Part shown: positions 13,645 to 26,404 of the stretch, in pieces
Numbering within the stretch: position 1 is the first letter of the stretch
How the letters are laid out: each line of letters begins with the position of its first letter
From: Octopus vulgaris
Lineage: Eukaryota
NCBI GenBank assembly: GCA_951406725.2
Contig: OX597814.1
Span: 196,168,001 to 196,232,000 of the forward strand
Reading direction: 5' to 3'
DNA length: 64,000 bases
Translations under genes and position numbers: made by a program
Notes under the pieces: model-generated
Databases searched by the model: none
Seen by the model: only the letters and a program-made list of their open reading frames with translations
Told to the model about the DNA's origin: nothing

Positions 13645-14465
13645 TGTGTAGGTATCGGTTAGAGAGAGAGAAGAATGTAAATTGGGCTCAAAAGTCGCAA
13701 CAGCTGTTTCAGCAACATTTTATTAATGAATTCTTAGATTATATCATGACAGTAATCCACAAGCTTCAGGTAATGATTTGAAACAACTGACTTCTCTATG
13801 TCGTGGACTGGCGGTTCGATTTGCTGGTGATTGGATTCAGGTACATGATGTTCGTAAACAACAAAAATGGCGAAACATCGATGAATGATATCTGGGGTGA
13901 GCTGTCTCACTTGTCCATAACTTTCAGATGTTTTAACACCCGGCGTACATACATAGTAAAATATATATGTAGAACGACGATCAAAAAGCAACACTTCTTA
14001 TGATCGAAAATACAAAATATCGAAAACTTGAAAGACCGAACTCTCAGAATAACAAATGCCATAATGAGGAATAATCCAAATTTTAAAATAGGTTAATCAA
14101 AAAGAAGATAATTGTTTCTCAGAGATTCATTTACATTTTTACATGAGAGTTCTTCTGAGAAACATACTCTAATACATTGATTATTTTCATATCATGCTAT
14201 GACAGATAAACAATGGCAAGCAATGGCATTTCCTTTCAGATGACAAAACAAAAAGATTATGTCTGTTGTAGGGTTACGATATAGGAGATACTTAAGGAAT
14301 TTATTCAAATTCTTTATATGAATTGTTTCATTTTTGAATAGTTTCCTCCTCCTCTTTTTCCATATAACAACTTTGCCACACCATTAAATGCTGAATTTTG
14401 ATAAACTCCTGTCGTCGAGTACTTGCTTTTCATTATTTTTCTTTGTCTTCACTTTTTTATTGCCT

Positions 14466-14527
<62 letters not shown>

Positions 14528-14612
14528 AAAACAAAAACAACAACAAAAACAACAACAACAAAAACAACAACAAAAACAACACCAGCAACAACAACAACAA
14601 CAACAACAACAA
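14466..14612. repeat. (CAA)n microsatellite
   Basis: Directly visible. Confidence 0.95.
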
Positions 14613-14638
14613 GTACGCCATTTATTATTGATAACACA

Positions 14639-14897
14639 TTTGAGGAGAGTAGTCGTGATACCAATAGTAACTGGTGCACTTGGAAGCATCAGCACTCAAC
14701 TACCAACATGGCTGAAAAAGATTGGTGCAAGTGTGAAGGTAGAACACCTACAAAAATCAGCATTGTTTGGAACAGCAAAAATTCCTCGCAGGTTTCTTGA
14801 AGCAGGACCAGTAAACAAGTGTCACTTTAGTCTGCTGGCTGTGGACAGCTGATACTTTCCATCATACACAGAATAATACGATGAGAGTTTTCGGCCA
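14639..14897 (+). mobile_element. 5'-truncated RLE-clade (R4/Dong-like) LINE, 3' end
   Basis: VVIPIVTGALG...LQKSALFGTAKI.RR matches the C-terminus of the full element (VPVIVGALG...IQKIVLTSTAHILRK); followed by a 3'UTR hairpin and (TAA)n. Confidence 0.8.
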
Positions 14898-14926
14898 ATA
14901 ATAATAATAATAATAATAATAATAAG

Positions 14927-14962
<36 letters not shown>

Positions 14963-14985
14963 GATAATAATGATAATGATAATAC

Positions 14986-15023
<38 letters not shown>
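14898..15023. repeat. (TAA)n tract: tail of the upstream fragment and 5' flank of the full element
   Basis: Directly visible. Confidence 0.95.
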
Positions 15024-15025
<2 letters not shown>

Positions 15026-18000
15026 TCAGCTCCGGGCTGAATAACAGATTCAGCTCCGGGCTGAATAACAACATGGATGTTCCCTGGGAGCCTCTCTCCA
15101 AAAAACGAATTTAATCCAACAACATCGTTGCAATGGAAGAAAGGTTCCACAAAATATCTTTTCCAAATTTTCTTTTAAGGCAAAGTAACTAAAAAGTCCG
15201 AACTATTATTGCCATATATAGTATGGTTTTCTTTCTTTTATGCATAATATTTCCATGTGACATGCATAAGAAATAGAAGCGAACATCAGAGCTCTTGAAA
15301 GACAGTAAGTACATAAATTGATTAATTAATTAATTAATTAAATAAGTATACATGCAACTGCTTATGCATACACGTACACATTTTAATTATAAAGTATACA
15401 TGCAACTGTTTGTGCATACATGTACACATTTTAATTATAAAGCATAAATAATGCTTACACGCGCTCACACGTACACGCAGAGAGAAAAACCACGTTACGC
15501 GGACGAAAACAAAACAAAAACAAAGCGATTTTTCACGAACAAACGCAAAAAAGAGAAAATTGGTCACTGAATTTAGAAAGTCACTACACAGTTATGCCCG
15601 GAAACATGACTACCAAAAGAAATAGAGGCGAATTTCGATCTGTAAGTCTTATGCGAGTTCGATATGAACAATATATTAATTCGGAGAATTCAGAAGCGGT
15701 GTTTTGTCAAAAAATTGACCCTGTCACCGTCACAGAAGCGGCGTCTTGTCAAAAAGTTGACTCTGAAAAAATGGACCCCTCTGATGTCGCCGTCAATCAT
15801 TTAATGAAAACAAGCCAAAAATCATGCCGGATCGGTCATCGCCCGGGACAACAAGGACCGCGTTACCCAGTAGGGAACCAGACTGGGGTCGAAAAGTTTG
15901 CTGCTGGAACAAACTCTCAAAAAGACGATCTACCAGGTGACCAGAACCAGAATACTTCTAACTCTGGACTTGTAGTGACACCACCAAAAACACCACCTAA
16001 AGCAAAACGTATAAAATGGACCAGAGAGGACTATAGAGATGTGTTGAAAGCTTTTTATACAGCCCAACTAAACCCAAACAATAACCTCAGTGTTCAAACA
16101 TACATCTCATGGAGAAATTCAGTAGGCGATGACGTACGTAGATATATAGACGCAAATAAATTAAGTAATGTACGCAGAGATATAATTAAAAACAAAAGAC
16201 TAACTGACGCTGAAATTGACAAAATTAGGACACTAATAGCTCATGGTAGACCAAAAGAAAACAGCAACAATGTAGAAGAAATAGGTAACAGTAGCACAGA
16301 AGCCAGTGTACAAGCGGCAAATCAACTTCCCAATGGGGAAGTTAAACAAAGAATAGCGAAGACGAGAGATTTGAAAAAAGAGGAGAACGTAGACCTTCCT
16401 CAAGAAAACCAAAATAGATATGACATAGAATTTGAGGTGAATAATAGAGAAAATATTATGGAAGCAAAAGTGGACATTATCAGAGAACTCGGCAAGATTG
16501 AGCTCACTGACATGGTTAATAGAGAACCACTACCAAAGTTTTCAAATGGCACAAGAAATAACAACACAATCATGACATATAACGTTGCCCTAGGACAGAT
16601 CTTAAGAAATAAGGGGAATGATTTGACAACCTTAAATAATCTCATTTATTCCACTGCTAAAGTAGTAACTACCCAACTAGGTATTAAGATGACAAAGAAA
16701 AAGGCCAGGCATGTCAATGAACCTCCTAAGTGGAAAGTAGCGATACAAAAAGAGATTGAATCTCTGCGGGCGGATGTTTCAGTTCTCGATGAGCTTGCTA
16801 GAGGAGTGAATATTAAGCCGAGAAAAGCTAGAAAAATCAAGCAAAAATATAAAATCAAAGATCTCATAAACCTCCCTGCAACTAAGGAACTGTTGAAACA
16901 ACGGATACAGTTGAAAGCTCAACGGCTTAGAAGGTATGACAAAAGAAACAAATTTTATCGACAAAATAAATTTTTTAAGACAGATGCAAAGAAATTTTAT
17001 AGGGAAATTGGCAAAAATAAAATACACATAGAAGATCCACCTAAGATTGAGGAAGTGGAGGAGTTCTGGAAGAAGGTATGGAGCAACGAAAAAGAGTTTA
17101 ATGCTGAGGCTGACTGGATAGAACGTGAGAAAGAGAGACTGGATGAACTTGAAGAACAGAAATGGGAAGTAATAGGAATAGAGGAGCTAAGGTGTGTCCT
17201 TAGGAAGGCTCATAAATGGAAAACCCCAGGACTGGATCGGATCCCTAACTTCTGGCTGAATTGTTTGACAGAGGTACACGAACATCTCGCTGCATCTCTG
17301 TCTGATGTCATTCAGAACCCAGAGCAAATACCTGCTTGGCTGACTGAAGGAACCACCTACCTATTACCTAAAACCGAAGACACAAAAAACCCAAGGAATT
17401 ACCGGCCAATAACATGTCTCAACACCACCTACAAAATCCTCACATCCATAATAACGGAGAGAATGTACGCTTTCCTTGAACAAAATTCTATCCTTCCACA
17501 AGCTCAAAAAGGTTGTAAAAGAAACTCTTATGGGTGCAAAGACCAATTGCTCATAAACAGAATGATTGTAGAGAATTGCCGGAGCAAAAACAAAAACCTG
17601 AGTATGGCATGGATAGACTACAGGAAAGCGTATGACAGTGTCCCACATAAATGGATACTCAAGGCCCTTGAGATATACAAGATCTCCCCTGTCGTCTCAA
17701 AATTCTTAGAGAATAGCATGACCATGTGGAACACACGTCTCTTTCTAAGCCATAGTAATGGGATGAGCCAGTCCAACAGCATCAACATCAAACGAGGCAT
17801 CTTTCAAGGTGACTCCCTCTCTCCATTACTTTTTTGCATGGCACTGATCCCACTCTCAAACGAATTGGATAGTGCCAGATATGGGTACAAAGTTTTTAGC
17901 AAGTTAATAAACCACCTTTTTTATATGGACGATCTAAAGCTGTTTGCCAAGAATGACCAAGAGCTAGAAGGGCTACTAACAACTGTTAAAGAGTTTAGCA

Positions 18001-19628
18001 ATGATATCGGAATGGAGTTTGGCCTTGATAAGTGTGCTAAAGCAACTTTTGTAAGAGGCAAGCTCAGGCAAACAGCTTCTGTTAAATTAGATATTGACAC
18101 TACCATCAAGGAACTTGACCCACAAGAAAGTTACAAATACCTAGGAATCAACGAAGGAGATGGTATACATCATGCTACTATGAAGGAAAAATAAGAAAGG
18201 AGTACTATAGGAGAATAAGGCTTGTACTGAAGACTGAACTCAACTCCAAAAATTGCATTGAGGCCATTAACACCCTGGCACTTCCAGTAGTCCAGTACAG
18301 TTTTAACATCATTAACTGGAACCTTACGGAACTCCAACGCTTGGACAGGAAGACAAGAAAGTTACTGACATCCAGGAGCATGCACCACCCTAAGGCAGAT
18401 GTAGACCGCTTGTACCTACCTAGAAGCAGCGGGGGGAGAGGAATGATGCAATTAGAGCTGTGCTATAAGACCTCTACTGTAGGAATGAACAGGTACCTAT
18501 CTAGTACAAAAGACTGGATGCTGCGACTTGTGTGTGAACACGAAAGCAGCAAAAAGCTGCATTCTATTGTCAAGGAAGCTTATAAGTTCGAAAGGGAACT
18601 AGGCATTAACCTTGAATCAGGTGAAGAGCCAGAAACCACTGCTACCAAGCAAGCAAAGCGAATCAGGCAGACTGCAAAAAAGAATGGGCAGAATCAAATT
18701 GAGAGGCGGTGGAGCCAGAAGCCCCTGCATGGACAATACATTCTCCGAAGCCAAAATGCTGATGTAGACCAAGCAACAACCCATCAGTGGCTGAAGAGTT
18801 CTGGATTGAAAGCAGAGACTGAAGGCTTCATAATGGCAGCACAAGATCAAAGCTTGTTTACCAGAAATTACCAGGCTAACGTTCTCCGAAACGGTACTGA
18901 CCCTAAATGCAGATTCCGTGACACATTTGACGAAACAATAGACCATCTCGTTTCGGGATGTCCTGTGCTGACACCAAACGAATACAAAAATCGCCACGAT
19001 AGGGTAGGACAGTATATACATTGGAAGATATGTAAACACTACAAATCCGACACTCCTGCTAACTGGTATGAACACCATCCTCAGCCAGTTGTTGAAGGTA
19101 AAGATGTCACCATCCTCTGGGATTTTCCAGTCAACACTGACAGAACGATCAAGGCTAATCGACCAGACATAATTGTTAAAGACAGGGAAGAAAATACCTG
19201 CAGACTAATAGAAGTAAGCGTCCCCACTGATAAAAATGTATCTGTCAAGGAATTTGACAAACTTAGTAAATATAAGGACCTGGAAATCGAAATACAGAGG
19301 ATGTGGAATCTTAAAACAAAAACTGTTCCTGTTATTGTGGGTGCCCTAGGTATGATAAAAAAGGGATGTCAGAAACACCTAGACAATATCCCTGGAAAAC
19401 CATGTCTCAAGGAAATCCAAAAGATTGTGCTAACAAGTACTGCCCACATCCTTAGAAAAACCCTATCAATGTAAATGTTTGTGTTTGTATTACATGGAGA
19501 TATTTCTCTACTTCCCCTCCCCAAGCTTTCAGCTATATTTCAACAACTCTTAACCTTCACTTGCCCTAGGGCGCTGGGTGTGCCCCGGCAGGTGATTGCA
19601 TCAAACATGCAGATTAAAAGTAAATGAC
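15024..19628 (+). mobile_element. Apparently full-length R4/Dong-like non-LTR retrotransposon inserted in (TAA)n
   Basis: Single ORF with RT and C-terminal RLE, about 570 bp putative 5'UTR and 150 bp 3'UTR, (TAA)n on both sides. The 5' boundary is inferred. Confidence 0.9.
15594..19474 (+). CDS. Reverse transcriptase + restriction-like endonuclease polyprotein, interrupted by one frameshift at 18187-18191 (~1293 aa if repaired)
   Basis: RT motifs YRPITCL, WIDYRKAYDSVPH, GIFQGDSLSPLLF, FYMDDLK, YKYLG; knuckle CRFR..ETIDHLVSGC; RHD; RPDII..LIEVS..KxxKY. The gap 18191-18340 reads IRKEYYRRIRLVLKTELNSKNCIEAINTLALPVVQYSF in the second frame. Confidence 0.95.
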
Positions 19629-19726
<98 letters not shown>

Positions 19727-19730
19727 TAAA
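19629..19730. repeat. (TAA)n 3' flank/tail of the Dong-like element
   Basis: Directly visible. Confidence 0.95.
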
Positions 19731-20118
19731 CTAGTGCATAACTGAAGCATTTTGCTCAGTATCTATATTGAAACAAAATAAGAAAATTATTCAATAGTTA
19801 AATGAACAGAAATATTCGATAAAGAAACTGTTTGTTTTCCTTTGTTTTCGATACAATATCCCTTCAATATACCATAAATGCTCAGCATACCATACTTGCA
19901 TCTTTTATTCTGATGTAGCATATTAAAGGAAGTAAGTATGTCATAGTATGTTTCTCAGATGAAATCCCTTCTACAACAATAAATAAATATCTTTATGTCC
20001 GTTTTTTCATATTTTCCTTAAGATATTTCAAAATTATATTAGTATATTTTCCTGGAACACATTTATAGACATAGTACCGGACTGCACACTAGTGTTTTAT
20101 TTCGAAAATATACACATA

Positions 20119-20295
20119 GGCGTAGGAGTGGCTGTGTGGTAAGTAGCGTACTTACGAACCACATGGTTCCGGCTTAAGTCCCACTGCGTGGCACCTTGGG
20201 CAAGTGTCTTCTACTATAGTCTTGGGCCGACCAAAGCCTTGTGAGTGGATTTGGTAGACGGAAACTGAAAGAAGCCCATCGTATATATATATATG

Positions 20296-20327
<32 letters not shown>

Positions 20328-20592
20328 GAGGCGCAATGGCCCAGTGGTTAGGGCAGCGGACTCGCGGTTTCGATTCCCAGACCGGGCGTTGTGCGTCTTT
20401 ACTGAGCGAAAACACCTAAAAGCTCCACAAGGCTCCGGCAGGGGATGGTGATCCCTGCTGTACTCTTTCACCACTCTTTCTCCCACTCTTTCTTCTGTTG
20501 GCCTGCTCGCTTAGCCAGCGAGATGGCGTCATTCGAACGCATTGTGACCAGCGATGTGTAACAACATCTGATGGTCTGGTTGGTCACGTGAT

Positions 20593-20636
<44 letters not shown>

Positions 20637-20843
20637 GAGTGTGTATATGTTTGTGTATTATATTTGTCCCCCCAACATCGCTTGACAACCGATGCTGGTG
20701 TGTTTATATCCCCGTAACTTAGCGGTTCGGCAAAAGAGACCGATAGAATAAGTACTCGGCTTACAAAGAATAAGTCCTTGGGTCGAATTGCTTGACTAAA
20801 TGCGATGCCACAGTCAAATGACTGAAACAAGTAAAAGAGTAAA
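20119..20843 (+). mobile_element. SINE family B, interrupted by a family C SINE
   Basis: Head 20119-20283 and tail 20640-20843 are separated by a nested element in the internal (TA)(TG) tract. Confidence 0.9.
20326..20600 (+). mobile_element. SINE family C, tail type i (nested)
   Basis: Head ggaggcgcaatggcccagtggttagggc; matches 47190-47455. Confidence 0.9.
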
Positions 20844-21424
20844 GCGTATATGTTATGTAAAACAGATTAGCCCAATGGATGTCGATGTAGTTTGAATTTT
20901 TTTGAATCGCGACACGGTATTAAGATTTCTATCATTGTATCAATCCAGCTTTTCATCATTTGCTTTTTATCTGTTTTACTAAAACATCTTTTATATTTTC
21001 TTAGTCAGGAGAGAAGACAGGGTTTGTGACATGTCACAAAATTTCCAATAATAACGCGAGTGTAGGACGAAGGTATCCGTGTGCCAGCGACCTGCTCTGA
21101 TTGCTTGAAACAAAAGGAAACTCATTAAAGTTACCCGAGATGTCAGGTAATATTATGCCAGTGGGTGGATTATCTCTAGCACCGATGTAGGTCACACTAG
21201 AGCTTGAACTGAGAACTCTAAGAGACTGAACAAATAGTTCCAACCATCCAGTCTCGACATTATTACATTTTTATTAATCCAACTCTCTGTACTGGAACAT
21301 TTTTGTTTTTATCAGAATAAAATTTATAGTTGTTCTGGAGGAATTTGTACACAGACTACTAAGATTCAGGGCGAATACTATTAAGCAGAGTATTTGGCGC
21401 CTCTAACCATTCTGCTAATATATT

Positions 21425-21733
21425 TCTCTACTCCAAAAGGATGAAAGGCAACGTCGACCTCGGCTGAATTTGAACCCAGAACGTAGCGGTAAACGAAATA
21501 CCTATTTCTTTACTACCCACAAGGGGCTAAACACAGAGGAGACAAACAAGGACAGACAAACGGATTAAGTCAATTACATCGACCCCAGTGCGTAACTGGT
21601 ACTTAATTTATAGACTCAGAAAGTATAAAGGTAAAGTCGACCTCGGCGGAATTTGAACTCAAAACGTAACGGCAGACGAAATACGGCTGCGCATTTCACC
21701 CGGCGTGCTAACGTTTCTGCCAGCTCGCCGCCT
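21425..21733 (-). mobile_element. SINE family A
   Basis: Reverse complement of the 10265 element. Confidence 0.85.
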
Positions 21734-21748
21734 ACAACAATGTGTGAC

Positions 21749-21864
21749 ACTTACAGCACCTAGGTTTCCCAAGCGGAACCCACGAAGTACTAAATAGGCT
21801 CGACGTTCCCTAACTTCGGTGATTGGATGAGAACCGGTGCTTTCAACGTGATACGGCCGTAAGC
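21749..21864 (-). pseudogene. 5S rRNA pseudogene
   Basis: Minus strand gcttacggccgtatcacgttgaaagcaccggttctcatccaatcaccgaagttag...tagtactt..ggg..ccgcttgggaa.cc.aggtgctgtaag follows metazoan 5S end to end, with substitutions, small deletions and no oligo-T terminator. Confidence 0.9.
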
Positions 21865-22622
21865 CCATTTTGCTAATACACCACCTCACAACAAAAGTTG
21901 CTTCCAAAATTTTACTGTATGAATAAAAGTTAATAATTTGCCATTTTCGAAGCATTTTTCTCTGAAAAATTAACAGACGCCTGCCACGTAGATCGTTGAC
22001 AAATTCTGATCCAATCGATCTCGGTCACATGTAATATTCTCGATGCATTGTGATGTATAAAATTTCGAAAGAAATCTAATCTACATTAGAATGTGAATGC
22101 TATTTTTCATCCATTTCTTTCCTTGCATTATGATTCGGTACTAAAGGGTTATTTGCAAAATAATACAGTGCCGCAAAAAACAAAAAAACAAAAAAAAAAA
22201 CGCAAGACAAATGATAAATTGTTTGCTTCAGAGTAGGTTTGATGAAATTTGAATATAAATGATATACAAAAGTTTCCGATAGTCTTTGTTACTCACTGTC
22301 CTCTATTTTAATGAAATCTAGATGTAACTAACGTAGTTTTTTTATTCAAATTTATCTGAAAATTGAAATATGAAAGTAAGAATGAACTTGTTTTATTAAA
22401 CTTGTTTAATTAAAAATCTTACCATCGCATTTTTATAACGTCCAATTTTCTGTTCAATTCTATCTCATACACCAGAAAATAGCTTCAACATGAGATAATA
22501 AATACATAAGCATTCATTGGTAATTTCGAGTCTCTTCGGCTCCTTATGGCAAACATTGTAAAAGAGTGATAGAACTTTTAAAATTTCGTGGGATAGCGTG
22601 GATCATGCTTTTGTTTCATACT

Positions 22623-22975
22623 TCATCATCATCATTGTTCGACCGTGGTCGAGACAATGGAATTTACCATGCTACGCCAGACTTCACGGTCCATCATGGC
22701 ATTACGGAGGTCTTGTTGCTGGATGCCTGTATCCCTGGAGATTACTTCAGGGTTGGAGAGTGTGTGCCCTCTGGTATTGCGAGTAGATGGCTTCCAGAGG
22801 AGAAGAGTAGAAATTACCTCTTTTTCAGCTCTACAACAATCTCCAGCAAACTGGACTCTCCTACCTTTCACAAGAGCTGACACAAGTGGTAGTTTCCCAT
22901 ATATTTGCATTTTGGTTGGATGGCGCTTCCACGAGAGATTTTGAGCTCTAATAAGGAGGCGAGTGTAGGTTTCAT
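22623..22975 (-). mobile_element. RTE-clade LINE 3' fragment
   Basis: RAQNLSWKRHPT..IYG..RRVQFAGDC.R...LLLWKP...AMMDREVWRSMV followed by a (TGA)n tail. Confidence 0.8.
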
Positions 22976-23937
22976 AAGCTCGAATATCCATTTTACTATT
23001 CTAAGATAAATATTTGCTGCTATAGTACTATACGCAAGCCTTTGTTGTTTATACAGTTTCTTGATATTGTGAAATCATTTGAAACAACAAGACCAGCTTT
23101 ACTAATTTAACAAAATTGTCTAAGAGCTGGACTGGAATCTACGTCAACATCGCTACGCCATTATCGAACCCCTCTGCTAGCTCTTCAACCGAGCTTCATT
23201 TAGGCGTCTTTCGTCATTTATTTCTGCCCCCTTTGTGTTTGTCAATCTTCTAATTTCACTCTTCCATTAAACATCCGACTCTCTGCTGGGGTAAGAGCAT
23301 AAAATTCAAACAATATTTGTGATTATTAAACGCCTTTCAACAACCTTCGTTCCCAATTCCTCCATGAACAGTTTTCGTGTATTTTGAGACATATAATGTT
23401 GAACAACCTTTAATATTTTCACATTTTAAGGCTCATATCGAACGTATACAATTTGCGAACCGTTTTTCACTTTCATAATGTTTATAATCGCATAACATTA
23501 TGATCCTATCTATGCATTATGTATCACAACAAAGGCTTACGATTTTTATAGAGAGTTTTATAGAGCATTTTATAAAATCAAGCCGGCATTTATGTGCTTA
23601 AGTGCAAAATATCTGTAATGTTTTGTACGTCGAAAACTTTACACAAAAAATGTGTAAGACTGAAAGAGGACATGAAAACCCAACTGTGCATTAACACAAA
23701 GAAATTGTAATTTATCATCTATTAGTTTTAGTTTTAATTCCAAACGCCAGGCAGCGAACAAGCATAGAATTGATCAAAACTCTCCGATCCCCTTCACGCG
23801 TAATCGTCAGGTTAACTCGACAGTTTTATAAAAATAGTGATTTTCCATTTTCGCCTGTTATATGCATTTCGCATTTCTTACTGCACTTCCATAGATAACA
23901 AGATACCTTGCTTTGCATATTTGTCTAAGAATCCTAA

Positions 23938-24143
23938 GCGAGCTGGCAGAGACGTTAGCACGCCAGGCAAAATAAAATGTTTAGCGTTAATTCGTCTGTC
24001 TTTACGTTCTGAGTTCAAATTCCGCCGATGTTGACTTTGCCTTGCATCCTTTCGGGGTCAATAAATTAAGTGCCAGTTGCATACTTGGTTCGATCTAATC
24101 GACTGGTCCCCTGCCCCCAAATTTCGGGCCTTGTGAAAGATTA
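23938..24143 (+). mobile_element. SINE family A (left arm of a fold-back)
   Basis: Family A head and core. Confidence 0.85.
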
Positions 24144-24146
24144 TGT

Positions 24147-24390
24147 TGCTGATTCTGTATAATTCATTAAGACAAGACTATTACCGGAATACTTAGACAA
24201 ATCAGCACAAAATTGTTACACAACATATATTCGATCAAAGGAAATTTGAGTAACTGACAAAATGAAATGAGGGAATTTATTTCGTATCTGAATACTCAGA
24301 TTTCATGACAAGGAGTTTTATCAATTTTGTGCTGATTTGTCTAAGTATTCCGGTAATAGTCTTGTCTTAATGAATTATACAGAATCAGCA
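24147..24390. repeat. Perfect 69-bp inverted repeat (24147-24215 / 24322-24390)
   Basis: The arms are exact reverse complements. Confidence 0.95.
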
Positions 24391-24400
24391 TCACAGCATC

Positions 24401-25007
24401 ATAATCTTTCACAAGGCCCAAAATTTTGAGGCTGGGGGCCAGTCGATTAGATCGAACCAAGTACGCACATTTTACTTAATTTATCAACCCCGAAAGGATG
24501 AAAGGCAAAGTCGACCTCGGCGGAATTTGAAATCAGAACGTAACGACAGACGAAATACCTATTTCTTTACTACCCACGAGGGACTAAACACAGAGAGGAC
24601 AAACAAGAACAGACACACGGATTAAGTCGATTATATCGACCCAGTGCGTAACTGGTACTTATTTAATCGACCCCAAAAGGATGAAAGGCAAAGTCGACCT
24701 CGGCAGAATTTGAACTCAGAACGTAGCGGCAGACGAAATAACGCTAAGCATTTCGCTCGGCGTGCTAACGTTTCTTATTTCTTTATTGCCCACAAGGGGC
24801 TAAACATAGAGGGGACAAACAAGGACAGACAAACCAATTAAGTCGATTATATCGACCCCAGTGCGTAACTGGTACTTAATTTATCGACCCCGAAATGATG
24901 AAGGGCAAAGTCGACTTCGGCGGAATTTGAACTCAGAACGTAGCGGCAGACGAAACACCGCTTAAGCATTTCGCCCGGCGTGCTAACGTTTCTGCCAGCT
25001 CGCCGCT
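24401..25007 (-). mobile_element. SINE family A multimer
   Basis: Three core units on the minus strand. Confidence 0.85.
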
Positions 25008-25089
25008 TTATCACATCATCATAATAAAAATGTTTTAATATTTGCTTTGTATTGCTTTTCAGCTAAAAATCTGTTGCGGGAGAATATTT

Positions 25090-25385
25090 TGAAGGTGCGC
25101 GGCTCATGATCGTAAGGTTGTGATTTCTATTCCCAGCGACGCGTTGTGTCCCTGAGCAAGAACTTTATTCTCTTTGCTCAGGTGCACTCAGCTGGCAAAA
25201 ATATGTTGCGCCTGTTATCCAAAGGGCCTTCCCTGTCACATTCTTTGTCAGCTGAATCTCGTCGAGAACTACGCTAAAGTTAAACGCGTCCGTGGAGTGC
25301 TCAGCGACTTGTACGCCAATTTCACGATCATGTTGTTCGGTTAATCGAATCAGCTGCAGCACTCGTCGAGTAACCGAAAAAGAGC
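25090..25385 (+). mobile_element. SINE family D (old), tail type ii
   Basis: Similar to 13278-13602. Confidence 0.7.
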
Positions 25386-26404
25386 CAAGCCAGAAGATAG
25401 AATGGTGTTAATTTTGTGACCAATCATCAATATTAATACGATTGTTTATATCGGTAATTTTTAGCGATATATACAGACAACATCTGAGTTAGTAACATAT
25501 TTGATTTCGGGTGAGCTTCTCTCCCTGCTGAATATCTATGCAACAAATAAAAGAACATCAAATGATCGTGACTCAGGATTTCACATGTAGACATTTTAGC
25601 AATCAATTTGTATGGTGTTCTTGTTAAAACTAAAAGAAAAAAAGCATGTAGGTTGTTGCTTTATAATTTACATTTTTCCGTATCCATTCGTTTATTTATC
25701 AAAATTTCTTTTTTATTCAATTGATGTATTTCTCCAGACGACATACTAAAAAACAGAAAAAAAAGAAAAAGTTACATCAATAGTCATATTTTATAATATA
25801 TTTTTCAGTAAGATTTTTCACACATTTTGCTGACATCATTGGACATAGTTATTTTTTTTTTGCATATATGCGTTGTTTTAAATAAAATACTGGTGTTATT
25901 TCTGATGAGAATATAAAATGGAAACTGTATAGTCAAAATAACTCATACATATTTTATGCAGGGTGTTATTTATTATCTCATAGCATTCTATTAATGTTTA
26001 ATTCTATACAATTTTAGTTATTTATATACATATGCATACACAAATCCACCCATCCACCCGGATGTGAGAACGTATGTACGATTTTTCTTTGACTTTTATT
26101 AATATCCTCTTTCAGACAGTTGAAGTCTGTCGCTAACAAAGTGACATGAGAATTTCCGGTGTTTATAAATTTCCGGTTGAGTTGGTATGTTGGTTGAACT
26201 GTCGATGCGTACACCCAAGTGTGTGCAATATTCATATCAGAATCTTAGATGGAGTGTTTTACTAGTCTTGACTTTGCCACTAATAGATTGGATTTGCAGA
26301 ATCCGCATTTTATTCTTTTGTTCTTTCTCCGTGAAAGAACTCCGTGAAACCGAGTATTTCTAGGTTTTTGTGTATGTATAGGTATGCATGATTGTATGTA
26401 TGTC

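Noticed and set aside
13738-13888. Apparent terminal exon LYHDSNPQASGNDL...WRNIDE*
   Set aside because: Its phase does not follow the 7082 donor, and it overlaps a minus-strand Penelope-like hammerhead remnant (GAAA-CAGCTG-TT at ~13700) next to (TA)n.
18181-18200. Programmed -1 ribosomal frameshift in the LINE ORF
   Set aside because: No X-XXY-YYZ slippery heptamer, the break lies inside the RT thumb, and RLE LINEs of this clade have one ORF; a 1-nt deletion or assembly error is simpler.
16400-19078. Antisense ORFs within the LINE
   Set aside because: Shadow frames of the long sense ORF with no independent motifs.
25902-25935. CTGATGA...GAAACTGTA hammerhead-like match
   Set aside because: No pairing for helix I or II; chance match in AT-rich DNA.
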